64,000 nucleotides of DNA from Phoronis australis (taxonomy: Eukaryota; Animalia; Phoronida). Where the stretch lies: NCBI GenBank assembly GCA_002633005.1, contig NMRA01000011.1, positions 780,855-844,854 of the forward strand, written 5' to 3'. A program made the position numbers and the translations under genes. Each line of letters begins with the position of its first letter. Position 1 is the stretch's first letter. Under the pieces are notes generated by a model, which worked only from the letters and a program-made list of their open reading frames with translations, searched no databases and had not been told where the DNA came from. Positions 1 to 13,800 of the stretch are shown here, one piece after another.

Positions 1-6
1 GAAGTT

Positions 7-1075
7 TTGTTCAAATCCTTTGTACTTCCACACATTGATTATTGTGATATTATATATCAGTCTGCCAATACGGGTGCACTCCAACATTTGGAGAAGTTAC
101 AATATCAAGCCGCCTTACTCATAACCGGAGCTTACAGGGGATCCAATAGTGTTAAGGTCTTGAATAGTCTCAAGTGGCCCAAACTGTCTACTCGACGCAA
201 TCTTCACATGACCACGTTTACTTTCAAGTTAATAAACAATGTCAACAACGTGTCTGTCAAAAAAATATTTGATCTATATACTAGACAAGGCCATCGTAGT
301 GATTTGAGATCCTCCACCCCATATGCAATTCCTCCCTCGTTCAGTCAGGCATTCAGAGGGTCTACAGTCATGATGTGCATCAACAACTGGAATTCTCTTC
401 CAGTCTCTGTTAAGGAAAGCAACTCTTTTACGAGTATAAAAAGTAATTTTAGAGCTGTTTTTCATAATTTTGATAACTCAACACCCTTGACTCAATTCTC
501 CCTTACCCGCGATAACGAAATAGCATTGTACAGATCAAGATGTGGCCTTTTCCTCAACTCTGACAAGTTCAGGCACAACTAATTAGTAATGTCTCTCCAA
601 ACTGTGAATGTGGTCAGTGACCATCAATCTTATCCTCATATTTTCTTCAAATGTCCCCTCATCGAATCCCTAGGAGACTCACTCTTTCGTGCACTCAATG
701 ATAACCAATCAATTGTTAACGCTCTCAATTCTTGTAATAATATCCCTACTAGAGTTACATTATTACTGAATGGTAGTCCTAACCTTGACTTTGTTCTCAA
801 CGAATTCCTCCTAAGCAACGTTAGCAAATTTTTATGTACCGTTTATCAATATTGTTGCATCTGATTTCCCTACATGAATCTGTACATATTTTTGTTTTTA
901 TATATCTGTAATAGCATGTCTAAGTATTGGAATACTTATTTTAGATACTACTTAATTGTATATACCTCTATGTATATAAGTTTCATTTATGAATTGTTTA
1001 CAACCCAGATATAATGCTTCGCGGTTTCTGGGTTTGTTATTATTTCTCTGTATGATCTGTGTATCCTTCAATAAA
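7..1075 (+). mobile_element. 3' remnant of a non-LTR retrotransposon (CR1/L2-group LINE): end of RT/thumb region plus C-terminal Cys/His motif, disrupted
   Basis: ORF 7..582 has the typical post-RT LINE motifs LPHIDYCDIIY, LEKLQYQAALLITGA, LKWPKLSTRR and INNWNSLP. It continues out of frame into C.CG...HIFFKCP (about 600-660). AATAAA at about 1070. Confidence 0.8.
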
Positions 1076-1639
1076 TATATATCACAGTGAAAAAAGTAAT
1101 TAATCAAAATTACCAAAAGCAATAAATAAGTGAAAAATGTTTGGGATAATCAACGAACCTTATTTTTGCTAAAAATGACATGAAAAAAGGTTGCCTTCGC
1201 CTTTAAGCAACCAGTGTGGCTTCCTTAGAAAGAACTGTGAATGTTCTAAAGGTAATAGAAAAAAAAAATAAAATGTATTGCAGCCAGTTAGAGAATGTTT
1301 AATTCACCCCTATATCAAACGTCAACCAGGCACTAATTTCAAACATCGATCCAACTTTATTTTTGTATTGGAATAGGCAGCAACACAGAAATAATACGAC
1401 TCAAATGACCACCGTAGCCGTAGGGCTAAGACCTTGAATGCCCGGTCCATTACTAAGGGACATGTAATCACAATACATTCCTTAAATAATTTTTTATTCC
1501 AGTCCCTCGGTACTAACCAGTATTCATATCCAGGCCACGGAAGCTTTATCTCGATTTTTTTAAGAAATCTTTTCTCTCCGTAGCCTACCGGTTCAGTAAC
1601 GAGTTCAGCATTTCAGCCCAGGCGCCTTGTTCTGTGATT

Positions 1640-2300
1640 GTGTGCCAGGCAGCCACTTAATTCCAAGTTCACGCAAGATTCCAAGTTCAAGTACGGAGTT
1701 TGTCAGTTTGCTCTCAAGATCACTTGCTTGATCGTGGAATTCCTAGTTCACGCAACACTCACTTCCGCTTATTCTTGAGATTAAGCAGGATTCCAAGTTG
1801 AAGTACAACACCACTGAGCCTGGGAACCGGCCGGGAGACGGCGGATGAGAACGAGTCATTCGTATCGGGTATGTTTCCATTGAGAGTAAATTTCTTTGTG
1901 GATTTATTTCGTTTAAGTCTTACTTCTCACTTTTAATATGATGCATGCTCATCAGAACGCTGCCGCTTCGCTTCCGCCGCCCAGACAGCGTCCACAAAAT
2001 TGATATTGATTTTGGTCTACAGATGTCGCGCTTACCTTCCCAGCAGGCATAAGTAAAAATGGCGATTTGATTAACAGATTTGCATTGTTTTATGAAGTAG
2101 TTGTTTTTTGCTGTTTGTTTAAATTGCAGAGGTAACATTTCGAGGTAATGATTGTAATTTCGTAAAATTTCAGTATTCTTGATTTATTGATGTCGATGCC
2201 TGCGAATTCTGTGTTGCTCTATTAAAAACCGGCAACGAGGCAAAAGTCCTGAGTGGCCCTGGCGCGAACCCTGAGACCGGAAGTGTGTCGCGTGAAATGA
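1640..2300 (+). promoter_or_regulatory. Probable SRRT promoter and non-coding first exon(s)
   Basis: Locally CpG-rich. ETS-like CCGGAAGTG at 2277-2285, YY1-like AAAATGGCG at about 2057, candidate donor CGG|GTATGT at 1869, possible 15-nt exon 2130-2144 (tgcag|...gag|gtaatg). It lies upstream of the ATG exon, which begins at a splice acceptor and so needs an upstream exon. Confidence 0.45.
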
Positions 2301-2659
2301 ATGGAACTCAAAAACTTAGTTCCCTTTTTGTTTTCCTAATTTCTTATTTAATTTCAAAGTATTAGTGAACCCCCTGCCTTTTTCGGATGTTGCACAATTC
2401 TTTCTCTACTCTTGGGGCTCAATTTCGTGAAGTTGTGAATCACTGTCATTGTGTCGGATTTTCCCTTTGCCTTTGTGACTTTGTGTTTGTTGTTGAGTAA
2501 TTGTTGAAGCTACACTTATATATCATAATCACAACTGTCCTGCTTTTTACATTAACGTGACTGTCTCCGTGAAGGCTTATAACGGCAGCCTAAGCTAGGC
2601 ACCGCTAACATGACATGGTGTGAGGTACAGCCATATAAAGCCACAGGCGTCCTTAGCTT

Positions 2660-3605
2660 TAGGCAATGACCATCGCCTCTGTTGGCCCGAACCAGAGGCG
2701 ATGCAGCTCCTATAGGCGTTCCATACGCCGGAAGCTTTACGGCGAATTATGCCTCGCACCAACAAACCATCAAAGTCGCGTTGTTATAAATACCTTTTGC
2801 GCATAGAGGAACACCTTAGGAGGTTGTCGATGTGTTTAATTCCTTCCAACTCGAACAAATACTCCCGTTATCAAACTTTTTCTTGAGCAGTCTCTATTTC
2901 AGTTCCCAAAATCGTGAACTCAACAGTTTCACTCGGCGCACGCCAAGAGATTCTTATAACCAGGCTGAAGGTCAGAAGTTGCGGTCCTACCGGCGAAATT
3001 TGAAAGCAGAAGTTCCCGCCCTTCGCGTACGTGCTGCCGGGAACCAGCCGTGCATTTGCCATGTTGTTAAACATTGACATGTCAAATATGTGCACAAAGA
3101 CTATTAAATGTCATATCAACAGCATTTATTTTTATCAAATACAAACAATAATTAATTGAAATACAATCAGTTTCAAGTAACGTCAATTAAAGACAAATAT
3201 AAGTGGTGGCATTTTCGAAACGAACATTTGACTGACAAGACCGCAATGGCTCACCTTTTGCCTATTTAAAGATTGAGATCATGAAGTCACATCACCTAGC
3301 GAGCGCGGTAAAAAGTGGAGTGTGCGCAGTATATAAATGGTGAGTTCACGATTTTGGGAACTGAACGAGTGACTACTCGAACAAAAAGTGCAATAAAGGA
3401 AGTATTTGTTCGAGTTGGAGGGAATTAAACACACCGCCAACCTCCTAAGGTGTACCTCTATACGCAAAAGGTGTTTATAACAACGTGACTTTCATGCTTT
3501 AGCCAGTGCGAGGCATATTTCGCCGAAAAGCTTCCGGCGTATGAAGCGCCTATAGGAGCTGCATCACCTCTGGTTCGGGCCAACAGAGGCGATGGTCATT
3601 GCCTA
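2660..3605. mobile_element. Non-autonomous Mutator-like (MULE) element with long TIRs and a 9-bp TSD
   Basis: Imperfect inverted arms of about 280 bp (TAGGCAATGACCATCGCCTCTGTTGGCCCGAACC... / ...GGTTCGGGCCAACAGAGGCGATGGTCATTGCCTA). Identical flanks CCTTAGCTT at 2651-2659 and 3606-3614. Confidence 0.85.
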
Positions 3606-6097
3606 CCTTAGCTTCTGATCGTCCCCCAATTCACGATATATAATACTAAGTGGTCTTTCACTGGAGATAGGAATTCCACAGATGTTTCACGTCAGCCTTC
3701 TATGTCAAACAAAAATCTCAATAAATTTACTTAAACAGGGATTTAACAAAGCATCAGCAATTGTTCTTTCTCCTGAAAGTCAGGTTTGTTGTGTAATTTT
3801 GTTGGAATTTTTTTGGGAAAGTGGAAACTATACATTTTTGGAAACCTCACGGAATGAAAAATCAAAAAATAATTGATTCCATTTTTTGGCGGCCATCTTA
3901 GGTTTTCAAAAATGGCACCGGTAAAATGGATTTTGTCCAATATCTCCACTTTTGGGTCACTTAGAACGTTGGTTTTTATGGCTACACCTGCATTTCTCAG
4001 GTCAAGGAATTGGAAATTATAATTTTTGGGTGCCATCTTGGTGGCCATCTTGGAATTTTAAAAATAGCGCCCGTAAAATACATTTTCCTCAGTGTCTTTG
4101 CTCTTGGGTCACTTAGAATGTTAGTTTTAATGGCTGCACCCATATTTTTGTGGTCAAGAAATCTGAAAATGCAACTTATTAAATGAGAAACATAATCAAA
4201 ACTCCATTTATTAGCAGCCACATTTTCTAAATGCATTCTTCGTGTAATCTGACACATGATCACTATCTTACTTTCTTGTATATTTTGTTCGGAGCTTGTT
4301 TCCTTCCAGACTCTTGAAACTAAAACAGTACCTAAACAACTTATTTACGTTTGAAAAGTATGTTTTTTGTAGTGTCAATAGTCTTTCAAAACTGTGAAGG
4401 CAGTCTATAGATCATTACTATACTCATCACTGCCACCAGGAATCATGTCATCATCACCATTCTGACATTCTGCATTATACTGAAATAGATCTGTGTAAGA
4501 TAGGTCCTTTGATTGGCAAGAGCATCTTTGGGAAGAGGAATTGTTTTTGCACTGGCATCTAACCATCTCAATGATAGCCTGTGGTGCCGGAAGCTCATCA
4601 GTTGTGAGTGTTTCAGCTGGTCATCTTTGTCCTTGTAAATTCATTCTGCAATGGGTCAAGGAACTCCTGTTGAGCAAAGACTGCCTGGCCCCACAGGTAG
4701 TCTCGGACTTCACCTTGAACTGACTCGCATGAATCGTCTACAGGAGTTACGACGCATTGGCCTTGATGGAATTTTTTTGTGCTTTGATCGCGAACTTGCT
4801 GGAGCAGGACGCTTTAAATGCCATCAGGAAAAAGAACAATTGCTCGTGGTTTGTTGAATTCCTGTTTTGTGTATATTTATTGAGGTTTGTGTTTGATAAG
4901 GATGGCTGAAGTGAGGCACCTGTGGAATTCCTATCCCGAGTGTTAGACCTTATGGTATTATATTTGTATTGGGGACAATCAGAAGCTAAGGACGCCTGTG
5001 CATAAAGCCTCTTTAAATGATTTGCCAAGCGGCATTGCCTCATGGCTGAACATTTAGGATGCTTGGCTCTCACATGGGAAACCCTGGTTCAAGTCTGAGT
5101 GTAAGCAAATTTTTCAACATTGGTTCCCAACAATGGTAGAAATCACGACCAGACGGGCAGTCCGGAGTCACACTCCAACAATTGTAGTGGAAACCCAAAC
5201 CAGAGACATGGCCAACCTGGGGGGGGAGGCAAGAGGCATGCTTGAACTGCAGAAGAGAGAGGAGTGTTGTGATACGTGACTTACATGCGTGACACACAGC
5301 CAAGTGGCAATTGCCTCTTGGCTGAGTGGTTTGACGCTCAGCTCTCCCGCTGCATACCCCATTTCAAGTCTCGGTTTCGACAGGTTTTTCAACAATTGTT
5401 GACTCCACATAGATCTTGAAATATCACACTGGCCGCGTAGTTCTTCTCGTGAACTTGTCATGAAACTTATATCAACATGTAGAGCTATCGACCAAAAGGT
5501 TTGCATACACAATCAGGGAGTCAACCAATGCTTACCAGACCTTGCCTGTTATAGCCATTTCATTTGGCACCACAAAGTCATGACAACACCACAATCGAGC
5601 AAGCACCCGAATTACAACGGGAAATATATATACGGAACTAACGGAAGTTGTAGTCATTTGGTAAAAACTTGAAGGGCCAAATCAACTTGGGAGGGGAGCT
5701 AGTACAAGGGATACAAAACAAGTTCTCTAGTTTCGCATTATTTTCACTTGCTAAGTATACCATAATCATATTGATTGCCACAAAAATAAGTATGAATGTG
5801 CAACTTAATAAGTATCACAATACCATAGAATTTCAGTCATTTGTCTTGTAAAGCATAAAAAATATGGCTTTTCAAACACTTCTTAACATTGTGTAGCACC
5901 ATGTTTGACTACATGTAAAGAGAAGACCACAGTTTGGACACTAGACCTTGGTTCAAGGGGTCACTGGTTTGTTTCTCGGCTGAGCTAAGAACAAGTATAG
6001 ACAAAAATTAGTCATCAGAACGTCCAAAGCACAATTAGAACACTTAAAGACATTGTGTATAGTCTTGGAACTTGTGTATTTTGTTCAGGACTGAAAT

Positions 6098-6219
6098 ATG
6101 GGTGATAGTGATGATGAGTTTGAACGTCGATCTAGAGGAAGAGACAAGTTCCGCAGAGAAAGAAATGATTACGACAGAAGTAGTCGAGACGACCGTCGCC
6201 GTGACAACTGGGATGACAG
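6098..6219 (+). CDS. SRRT: SRRT first coding exon, duplicate copy (assembly overlap)
   Basis: Encodes [40 protein letters not shown](R), identical to 7834-7955. Confidence 0.7.
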
Positions 6220-6460
6220 GTGTGTGTGTGGGAGTATGTTTAGTTGCCTACTCTCAACTAATGGCTAAAGATACTCGGTACCTGAATGNCATTTGCCAAG
6301 TGGCATTGCCTCATGGCTGAACATTTAGGATGCTTGGCTCTCACATGGGAAACCCTGGTTCAAGTCTGAGTGTAAGCCAATTTTTCAACATCGGTTCCCA
6401 ACAACGGTAGAAATCACGACCAGACGGGGCAGTCCGGAGTCACACTCCAACAACTGTAGT

Positions 6461-6920
6461 CAGGGCTTGGAATTTTCCGCGGAAACGCGGATTTCCGCTT
6501 TTTTCAAATGTGCTTTCCGCTTTTTTTATAATATTTCCGCGTAAAAAAATCGGATTCGATATAAAATTTTCGCGGCAAATTCCTTTCTTACCGCGGCGTT
6601 GCAGACGACGTTCACCTCGAAAAGCGGAAGTTGCTCTTTATTGTCAACATTGCCGGGGCATCTGGGACAGCGTGGTGGGAGATATTCAATGGCGTCTCGT
6701 GGCGACAAATACTACCGCTCTGCAGCCAAAAATGTGTGGGTTGGGAGTGGACGGGCGAGCTGAAAGGACGCAGATGCATGCTACTGATGGTGGTAACGTT
6801 TTTTTATTTTTTTTTTTTAGTCTTCCCGATTTTTGTGGGGAAAGGTTCACACTGACCATTTGAAGGCCGTAAAAGTTTCAAAGTTTCCGCGTTTTTTGTC
6901 ATTGGTCATTCCAAGCCCTG
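6461..6920. mobile_element. 460-bp MITE, hAT-like termini, 6-bp TSD
   Basis: Perfect 13-bp TIR CAGGGCTTGGAAT/ATTCCAAGCCCTG. TGTAGT is duplicated at 6455-6460 and 6921-6926. The empty site is visible in the other copy at about 5183-5188. Confidence 0.9.
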
Positions 6921-7833
6921 TGTAGTGGAAACCCAAACCAGAGACATGGCCGACCTGGGGGGAGGCAAGAGGCATGCTTGAACTGCAGAAGAGAGAGGAG
7001 TGTTGTGATACGTGACTTACATGCGTGACACACAGCCAAGTGGCAATTGCCTCTTGGCTGAATGGTTTGACGCTCAGCTCTCCCGCTGCATACCCCATTT
7101 CAAGTCTCGGTTTCGACAGGTTTTTCAACAATTGTTGACTCCACATAGACCTTGAAATATCACACTGGCCGCGTAGTTCTTCTCGTGAACTTGTCATGAA
7201 ACTTATGTCAACATGTAGAGCTATCGACCAAAAGGCTTGCATACACAATCAGGGAGTCAACCAATGCTTACCAGACCTTGCCTGTTATAGCCATTTCATT
7301 TGGTGCCACAAAGTCATGACAACACCACAATCGAGCAAGCACCCGAATTACAACGGGAAATATATATACGGAACTAACGGAAGTTGTAGTCATTTGGTAA
7401 AAACTTGAAGGGCCAAATCAACTTGGGAGAGGAGCTAGTACAAGAGATACAAAACAAGTTCTCTAGTTTTGCATTATTTTCACTTGCTAAGTATACCATA
7501 ATCATATTGATTGCCACAAAAATAAGTATGAATGTGCAACTTAATAAGTATCACAATACCATAGAATTTCAGTCATTTGTCTTGTAAAGCATAAAAAATA
7601 TGGCTTTTCAAACACTTCTTAACATTGTGTAGCACCATGTTTGACTACATGTAAAGAGAAGACCACAGTTTGGACACTAGACCTTGGTTCAAGGGGTCAC
7701 TGGTTTGTTTCTCGGCTGAGCTAAGAACAAGTATAGACAAAAATTAGTCATCAGAACGTCCAAAGCACAATTAGAACACTTAAAGACATTGTGTATAGTC
7801 TTGGAACTTGTGTATTTTGTTCAGGACTGAAAT

Positions 7834-10800
7834 ATGGGTGATAGTGATGATGAGTTTGAACGTCGATCTAGAGGAAGAGACAAGTTCCGCAGAGAAAGAA
7901 ATGATTACGACAGAAGTAGTCGAGACGACCGTCGCCGTGACAACTGGGATGACAGGTGTGTGTGTGGGAGTATGTTTAGTTGCCTACTCTCAACTAATGG
8001 CTAAAGATACTCGGTACCTGAATGTACCGGGCACTCATCATTGTCTGTGTGCATAAATATACAAATACAAACACTTCATTTCAACTTTTAATTTCTTGCT
8101 AGTTACTGATTAAGGCGCCAACTGATTTCTATTATTGGTTTGTTGGAGAAATGGAATCAACATTGCTGTCATGACCTATTTACATCATTGTAAAAATGCC
8201 CGTGTCCAAGTTAAATTTACATTGGCGCACCATTTTGGTTAGTCATTTTTCCAGCCATCTTCGGGTGTTTCATGTTTGTACAGTGTTCTTTGAAGAACGA
8301 GCACGGGTATGTGGTAAATGATGAAAGAGGTACACTTTTTTTCAAAAGTTTTGTATTTTTCCTTGGGATGCAGTCTGTGCTGGTAGATGTAGGTACCTTC
8401 CTCAAGGGTTCTTGTAACTGAATTATTAACTCTGGCTGTTTCCACATCTTTCATGTGTTCATTAGGCTTGTAGTAAAAGTTTCTAATCAAAGGTTACATG
8501 GTATATTACTCCACCAGGTGTCTCCACGATTTAGGTACTAGTTTAGGAGTAACAGGGAACATGGTATACTTGTGTTTACCTTTGTGTGTAAAAAAATTTG
8601 GACAGCCCACCACACTCCTTTTTGGCCCCGCCACTCGTAATCTTTCACCAAATCCTGATGGGGAAAACTTCACCACCATACAAAAATCTAATGAACGTGA
8701 AGCCGTGTGCTCGCTGGCATGTCCGCTGACTAAAAACATACTTTAGTTGGTGATTAATACATTGGAATGATAGAAAACTTTTCATACTCTGGGATCACAC
8801 AATGACACATCATTGTCAATGTGTCTTGGGAAGCACCCTTTACCTAGATACTTCCACTTTGTACCTTAGTCACTTGCTCAGGTTGAGGTCCTGTCTTTGA
8901 GAATGAGTGCAACAGACTGCACCTAATTACATCTATTGTTTTCAAATTTTCTGGGGGAGACCCCCCAATTGGAAGGGGATCCCACACCCGCATGCGGTGT
9001 CGGGCTCTGCATCCACTGGGACCATTCACCACCATGCTCATTTCGAAACTCGAGGGACACCATATGTACTACTCCACTAGATGTCTCCAGCATATAGGTA
9101 CTATTGTAGGAATCACTGGGCAAATGATATACCACTCCAATAGGTGTCTTCACCGTATACGTACTATTGTAGGAATCATAGGGAACGATGATATACTGCT
9201 CCACTAGATGTCTCCACCATATAGGTACTATTGTAGGAATCCCAGAGAACATGATATGCTACTGCACTCCACTAGTGTCCTGAGAAACTCTAAGAAGGAA
9301 ACTTATGGAGTTATTGACTAGACACCCTGATGAGCTTATTTAGAGACTTCTTTATTGTGTTTTATGTGTTTGCTATCATGCTTTGGTATGTTGTTCTTTT
9401 TAGAGAATTGTTTGTTTGTTACAGGGTTGTGTTATGCTTTTCTATTTGAGAAGAACTACGACACTGATCTCTTTCTTTGTTATCTCGTCTTAAGCAAACT
9501 GATGTGTTACAGAGGGCGTGACAACTGGAGTAGTCGTAACCGCGACAGTCACCGCAGAGACCCCTATGGTCGAGACTATGATAGGCGCAGAGACCGGTAT
9601 AGTCCCCCTCGAAATGACATGAGTCCACCTCACATGAAGCGAATGAGACGAGATTGGTAGGAACTCTTGTATTTTGCTGCTATTTGGGCCTTACCCATTA
9701 CTTTGATAATAGTGATGCACATTACACCGTCTGTGCTTATACTTACACTGGTCCCTTCATGGTAACAGAAACTGGACAATGGTAGCAGTTTTTGCATTGT
9801 TTTGTTATGTTAATGGATACAGTAGGCAATGCGTTTTATTTGTCCTAGTGTCTCACACACCAGCTTTATCAATCTGTAGGCAAGTCATGGTTAGTATCAA
9901 GTTTGGTACATTGTTTGTGTGGAGTGTCTGTCAATCCGGTTATGTCATTCCACTGAGGCCTGATTTTCAGCAGATGAATTAGAGCAAGATGAGATTATGG
10001 CTTCACATTGAATGTACCTGAAACAAAATCTGTTTAGTATGTAGTTTCACCATTCAAACTATGTGTCACAATTATGTTGTACCAATGCTTTTACTTTAAA
10101 TTTGTATTCTAAATTCAAATGAACCGTGTTTTGATTTTGAGCATTGGAAACGCATGGCGAAGTTGTTCTTTATTCTTTAATACAATTTAAACTTGCGTCA
10201 CTGGTGACTTTGTGGTTTTATTATCAGCTTTTAAACAAAATGGCGCATGTTACAGTAATTGAGAGTGTACTCATGTTTCAGGGATGATGGTGGTTATGGG
10301 CGTGGCTATGACATGTACCAAGGAGGTCCTTCCCCCTCGGGACACAGGGGATGGGGGCCTGGTCATGACATGCCACCCCCACAATCGTATGGAGGTGGAG
10401 GGCCTGGCCAGAGGTAGGACTTTGTCCATCTTATTCTTACATTTGACAAAATCAGACAATGTTTGTCAAATTAATATATATGCTCTGATGAGAACCCTTT
10501 TTAAGAAGACGTGTTACAAGTTTGGTTGTTTGGAACAGGTGGCCAAGGGCCGTCATGCATGGCCTGCACATGTCCGGTACAACATATACCAGACCGCCTG
10601 CAATTATTTTAGTCGCATTTTCACACTAGCATTTTAATGTATCTGTTTTTACGACTGATGTTCATGGTTTTCACTAGTGTGGAGCCCAGTCATGAATACA
10701 TCACCTTTGTCCACCTCTCCCTTCAGGCTTCCTGAGGTCGACTACCCCACACAGCCCCAGATAATGAGCTTCAAACAGTTCCTGGCCAATGCTGAGGACA

Positions 10801-13800
10801 CCATCTCAGATGAGCAAGCAGTTAAAAGATTCAACCAGTACAAGATTGACTTTCAGAAACAACAGATCGCTGACTTCTTCCTCAGCCACAAGGACGAGGA
10901 ATGGTGCGGCTTATTTATCATCAGTCATGTTTATGTGTTCGCATTCGTGTATTTGTTTGTCAGATGTTGGTTATTCATGCTTAAACATTATAATTATAAA
11001 TCCTATTTACTGGAGAACCTAGTGTAATTGAAATTCACACAGTACAACATTGTATGCTCCACTTGGTCAGTATAGTCAAAGAGAAGCATAAACATTTTTT
11101 GTCACATACAAAGCAATTTTGGATGCTTTTTTGCATCTATAAACATTTGTCTGATATCCAAATCTTTTAGAGCACCATAAATCACTAAAACCTACTTCTT
11201 ATTTAGACCACTTGCCATTATGAAATTGGTCTCAAATTGTTCCGTATTCGATTTGGAGATGATTTCATAGTTTTGAAACAACTTACAGTTTGTCATTGTT
11301 TGAGCTCAAGCTTGTCACGCTGTGTCATTTTGAGCATTAAACATTGTCTCTAGGAATAAGGAACTCGGGTCTTTGCAAACCCAAAATTCTCATCTGAACA
11401 AGGAACAAGTTGAGAGCAATTTTATAACAGTTTGTTAGTGTTCTTAATTAAAAATTCCCTTCTTGGACAGAACTTGGATCTATGATCACTTTAAAAATTA
11501 CATCAAATCTCCTTTAGCCGTTTTCGCTTTGGAACACAAGATTTCAAGAGCATACAAGTTATCTGAATATTGTCACCAGTTTTCATATAGACTGGTTATG
11601 TGTGTTAACCATGACTAACACATTCAGCTTTCAGCATCATTGTACAGAAGACGGACTGTGGACTATATACTCGTGGAAGCAACGGCCAAGCAAGCTAGTT
11701 GACTTAGTTAGGGTGCTGCGCACAATGCAGTGTTAGTTTTGCGCGATAAAGTCATAGGTTAGATAGGGTCATGTGTTGCCATTAGTTACGATTGTTGCCA
11801 CGGCGCCGTGTACGACATGGTGTGGAGGTTTAAATGTATTGTGTGCTGGTGAGGTAAAGCTCCTGGTGTTCCTTTTGTTTGACTTAAAGTAAGTTAACAG
11901 AGGTGGATTGGTGCTTTCGGGTATTTTTATTCAGTTATCAGATGGTGGACTCACTGCTAGCTTATACAAACAAAACCCTAATTGCTCAAAAATGGTTGTT
12001 TTTTGCTGAGTCAAATCTTGCAAGCATTCAAGAATGTGGAACTTCCGACCAAATGAACATATCTGATGTAGGTAACTCTTAATGATGTGCTTGTGAACTC
12101 TAGAATTGATCTGTTCTTACAGAAATGCCAAACGCACCCTCACTTTTGGAAAAGACATCATGTGACTGATGTTCACATATTTATGACCAAAAAGTTTAAA
12201 CCACGCTAACGTGTAGTTATGAAATTACGTGATTTCTTATAAAGATATGTCTGTTGAGGCCACCGTCTGAATCCACCCCTGTGCATTTTGTGTTGCACTG
12301 CAATATTTTATCTCTACAGTCCTGGCTAATATCAAACCAGTTCTTATTTTTGCAAGAGGATTCTTCTTATGTTCATATTCAGGCTTGTTTTTTTCACACC
12401 TTTTGACATGTGACACCCTTATGCCAAATAAAGTTCTAAATTTTGAACAAGTGATAACCTTAGGCCAAACAGAGCTCCAACTTTTTCTTAATAAATATTC
12501 CATTATTGGCCTCAACTCCCCTACGTGATTTACCAATCTGTGGTTCCCTCTGTTGTAAATGAGAAAACTTGTTCCTATGTATGTTCAATCCTTGCTAAGG
12601 TTTACAAAGAACCACTTCTAAAGCGTCTCCAAAAGTTGCCTATGGGTATCAGATTGTTCACTTATAATCTATGAATTAGTAGAACTCGTTCAGCAGTATC
12701 TCGTGTTGTGTTGGAACATAGCCAGTTTTGTGGTCGCTAATTGCTGGTTGTTGATGTGATGTAGGTTTAAAGTCAAGTATCACCCAGAGGAGTGTGGTAA
12801 GAAAAAGGAAGAGCTAAAGAGCAACGTCAATGCTCGACTGAAGGTGTTCCTACAGCTCTTGGAGTCTGGTCGTCTTGACGAGCTGAAGCTGGACTATAAC
12901 AAGAGTGATGAGATTGTGAAGATTCTCGATTCGGGTACAGTTGTTATGACTGGCTTTTGGTTGCACTTTGGATGTCTTGTTTTGTGTTCTTGTAAAGCAC
13001 ATAGTGAATGAACACATGTAGCTATAGGGTGCTACTCTGTGCCTCTATTACTGATGTGCTACCAACTTGTGATGGGCAAACGAACGGGGAGATAATTTCA
13101 GTTATCAATGAAAGTAATTTTTGCTGTATGTCGTCGCCCTGCAGTCTTCACTGTTCTAGTTTTGGAACTTAAAGATGATATTGTCTTGCCGTCTGTCAAA
13201 ACGTTGACTTGATTTGGATTGATTCTAAGTACATTATAAAACTGGTCTTTGGGATTTTTATTACTTAAACCAAATAATGATTACTGGTCTTGCAAAACAT
13301 GGAAGTTCATCGTTGTTTAGGCCAAGATCAGTGTATAAAGTGACCTGCTGGGTCAAGCCAACTTGAGGCTCAGTGGATAAAATGACCAGCTGGGTCAAGC
13401 CAGCATCAGGCTCAGTGCACTAAATGACCTGCTGGGTCAAGCCAACTTGAGGTTCAGTGCATAAAGTGACCTGCTGGGTCAAGCCTTGTATCCAGCTGTA
13501 ATGAACTGACAGCACTTACCAAGTCCAGAAATCACTTCTGATCAGGGTAAGGAAAGGGTTGCAACTTCAGTTGGTTCTAGTTATTGCTAACTGTTCATTT
13601 CAACATACATTTTGTTTACTTGTCCAGCGGTCATTCTGCTAGAAGGAGGCACTGAAAAAGATCTACAAGTTCTGGACAGACCACCAGAGGACACTGAGCG
13701 TACTAGAACCACGTCAGAAAGCCTTAACTCAAGGTATGCTGCTATTTTTTCTGTTAACCTAACAAAGTTAATCTTAGTTGAGTTAACATCGTGAACATAC

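Larger units (their letters stand above)
5020..8024 (+). repeat. Near-identical duplicated segment (5020-6288 vs 6291-8024) joined at a single N; probable uncollapsed haplotype overlap
   Basis: The sequence after n6289 restarts at the sequence of 5020. The copies differ by scattered SNPs and by the 6461-6920 insertion. Both contain the SRRT ATG exon (6098-6219 and 7834-7955). Confidence 0.85.

Noticed and set aside
4380-5700. Additional gene in the SRRT 5' intron (short ORFs at 4541-5851)
   Set aside because: No recognisable domain or consistent splice structure; probably decayed transposon sequence.
5020-8024. Tandem duplication of the SRRT start exon as alternative first coding exons
   Set aside because: The copies are joined at a single N and are near-identical, including intron sequence. 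This is typical of uncollapsed haplotype overlap in scaffolding.
8217-9280. Short minus-strand ORFs in the intron after the SRRT start exon
   Set aside because: They derive from a ~58-bp degenerate tandem repeat interrupted by small insertions; no recognisable protein similarity.
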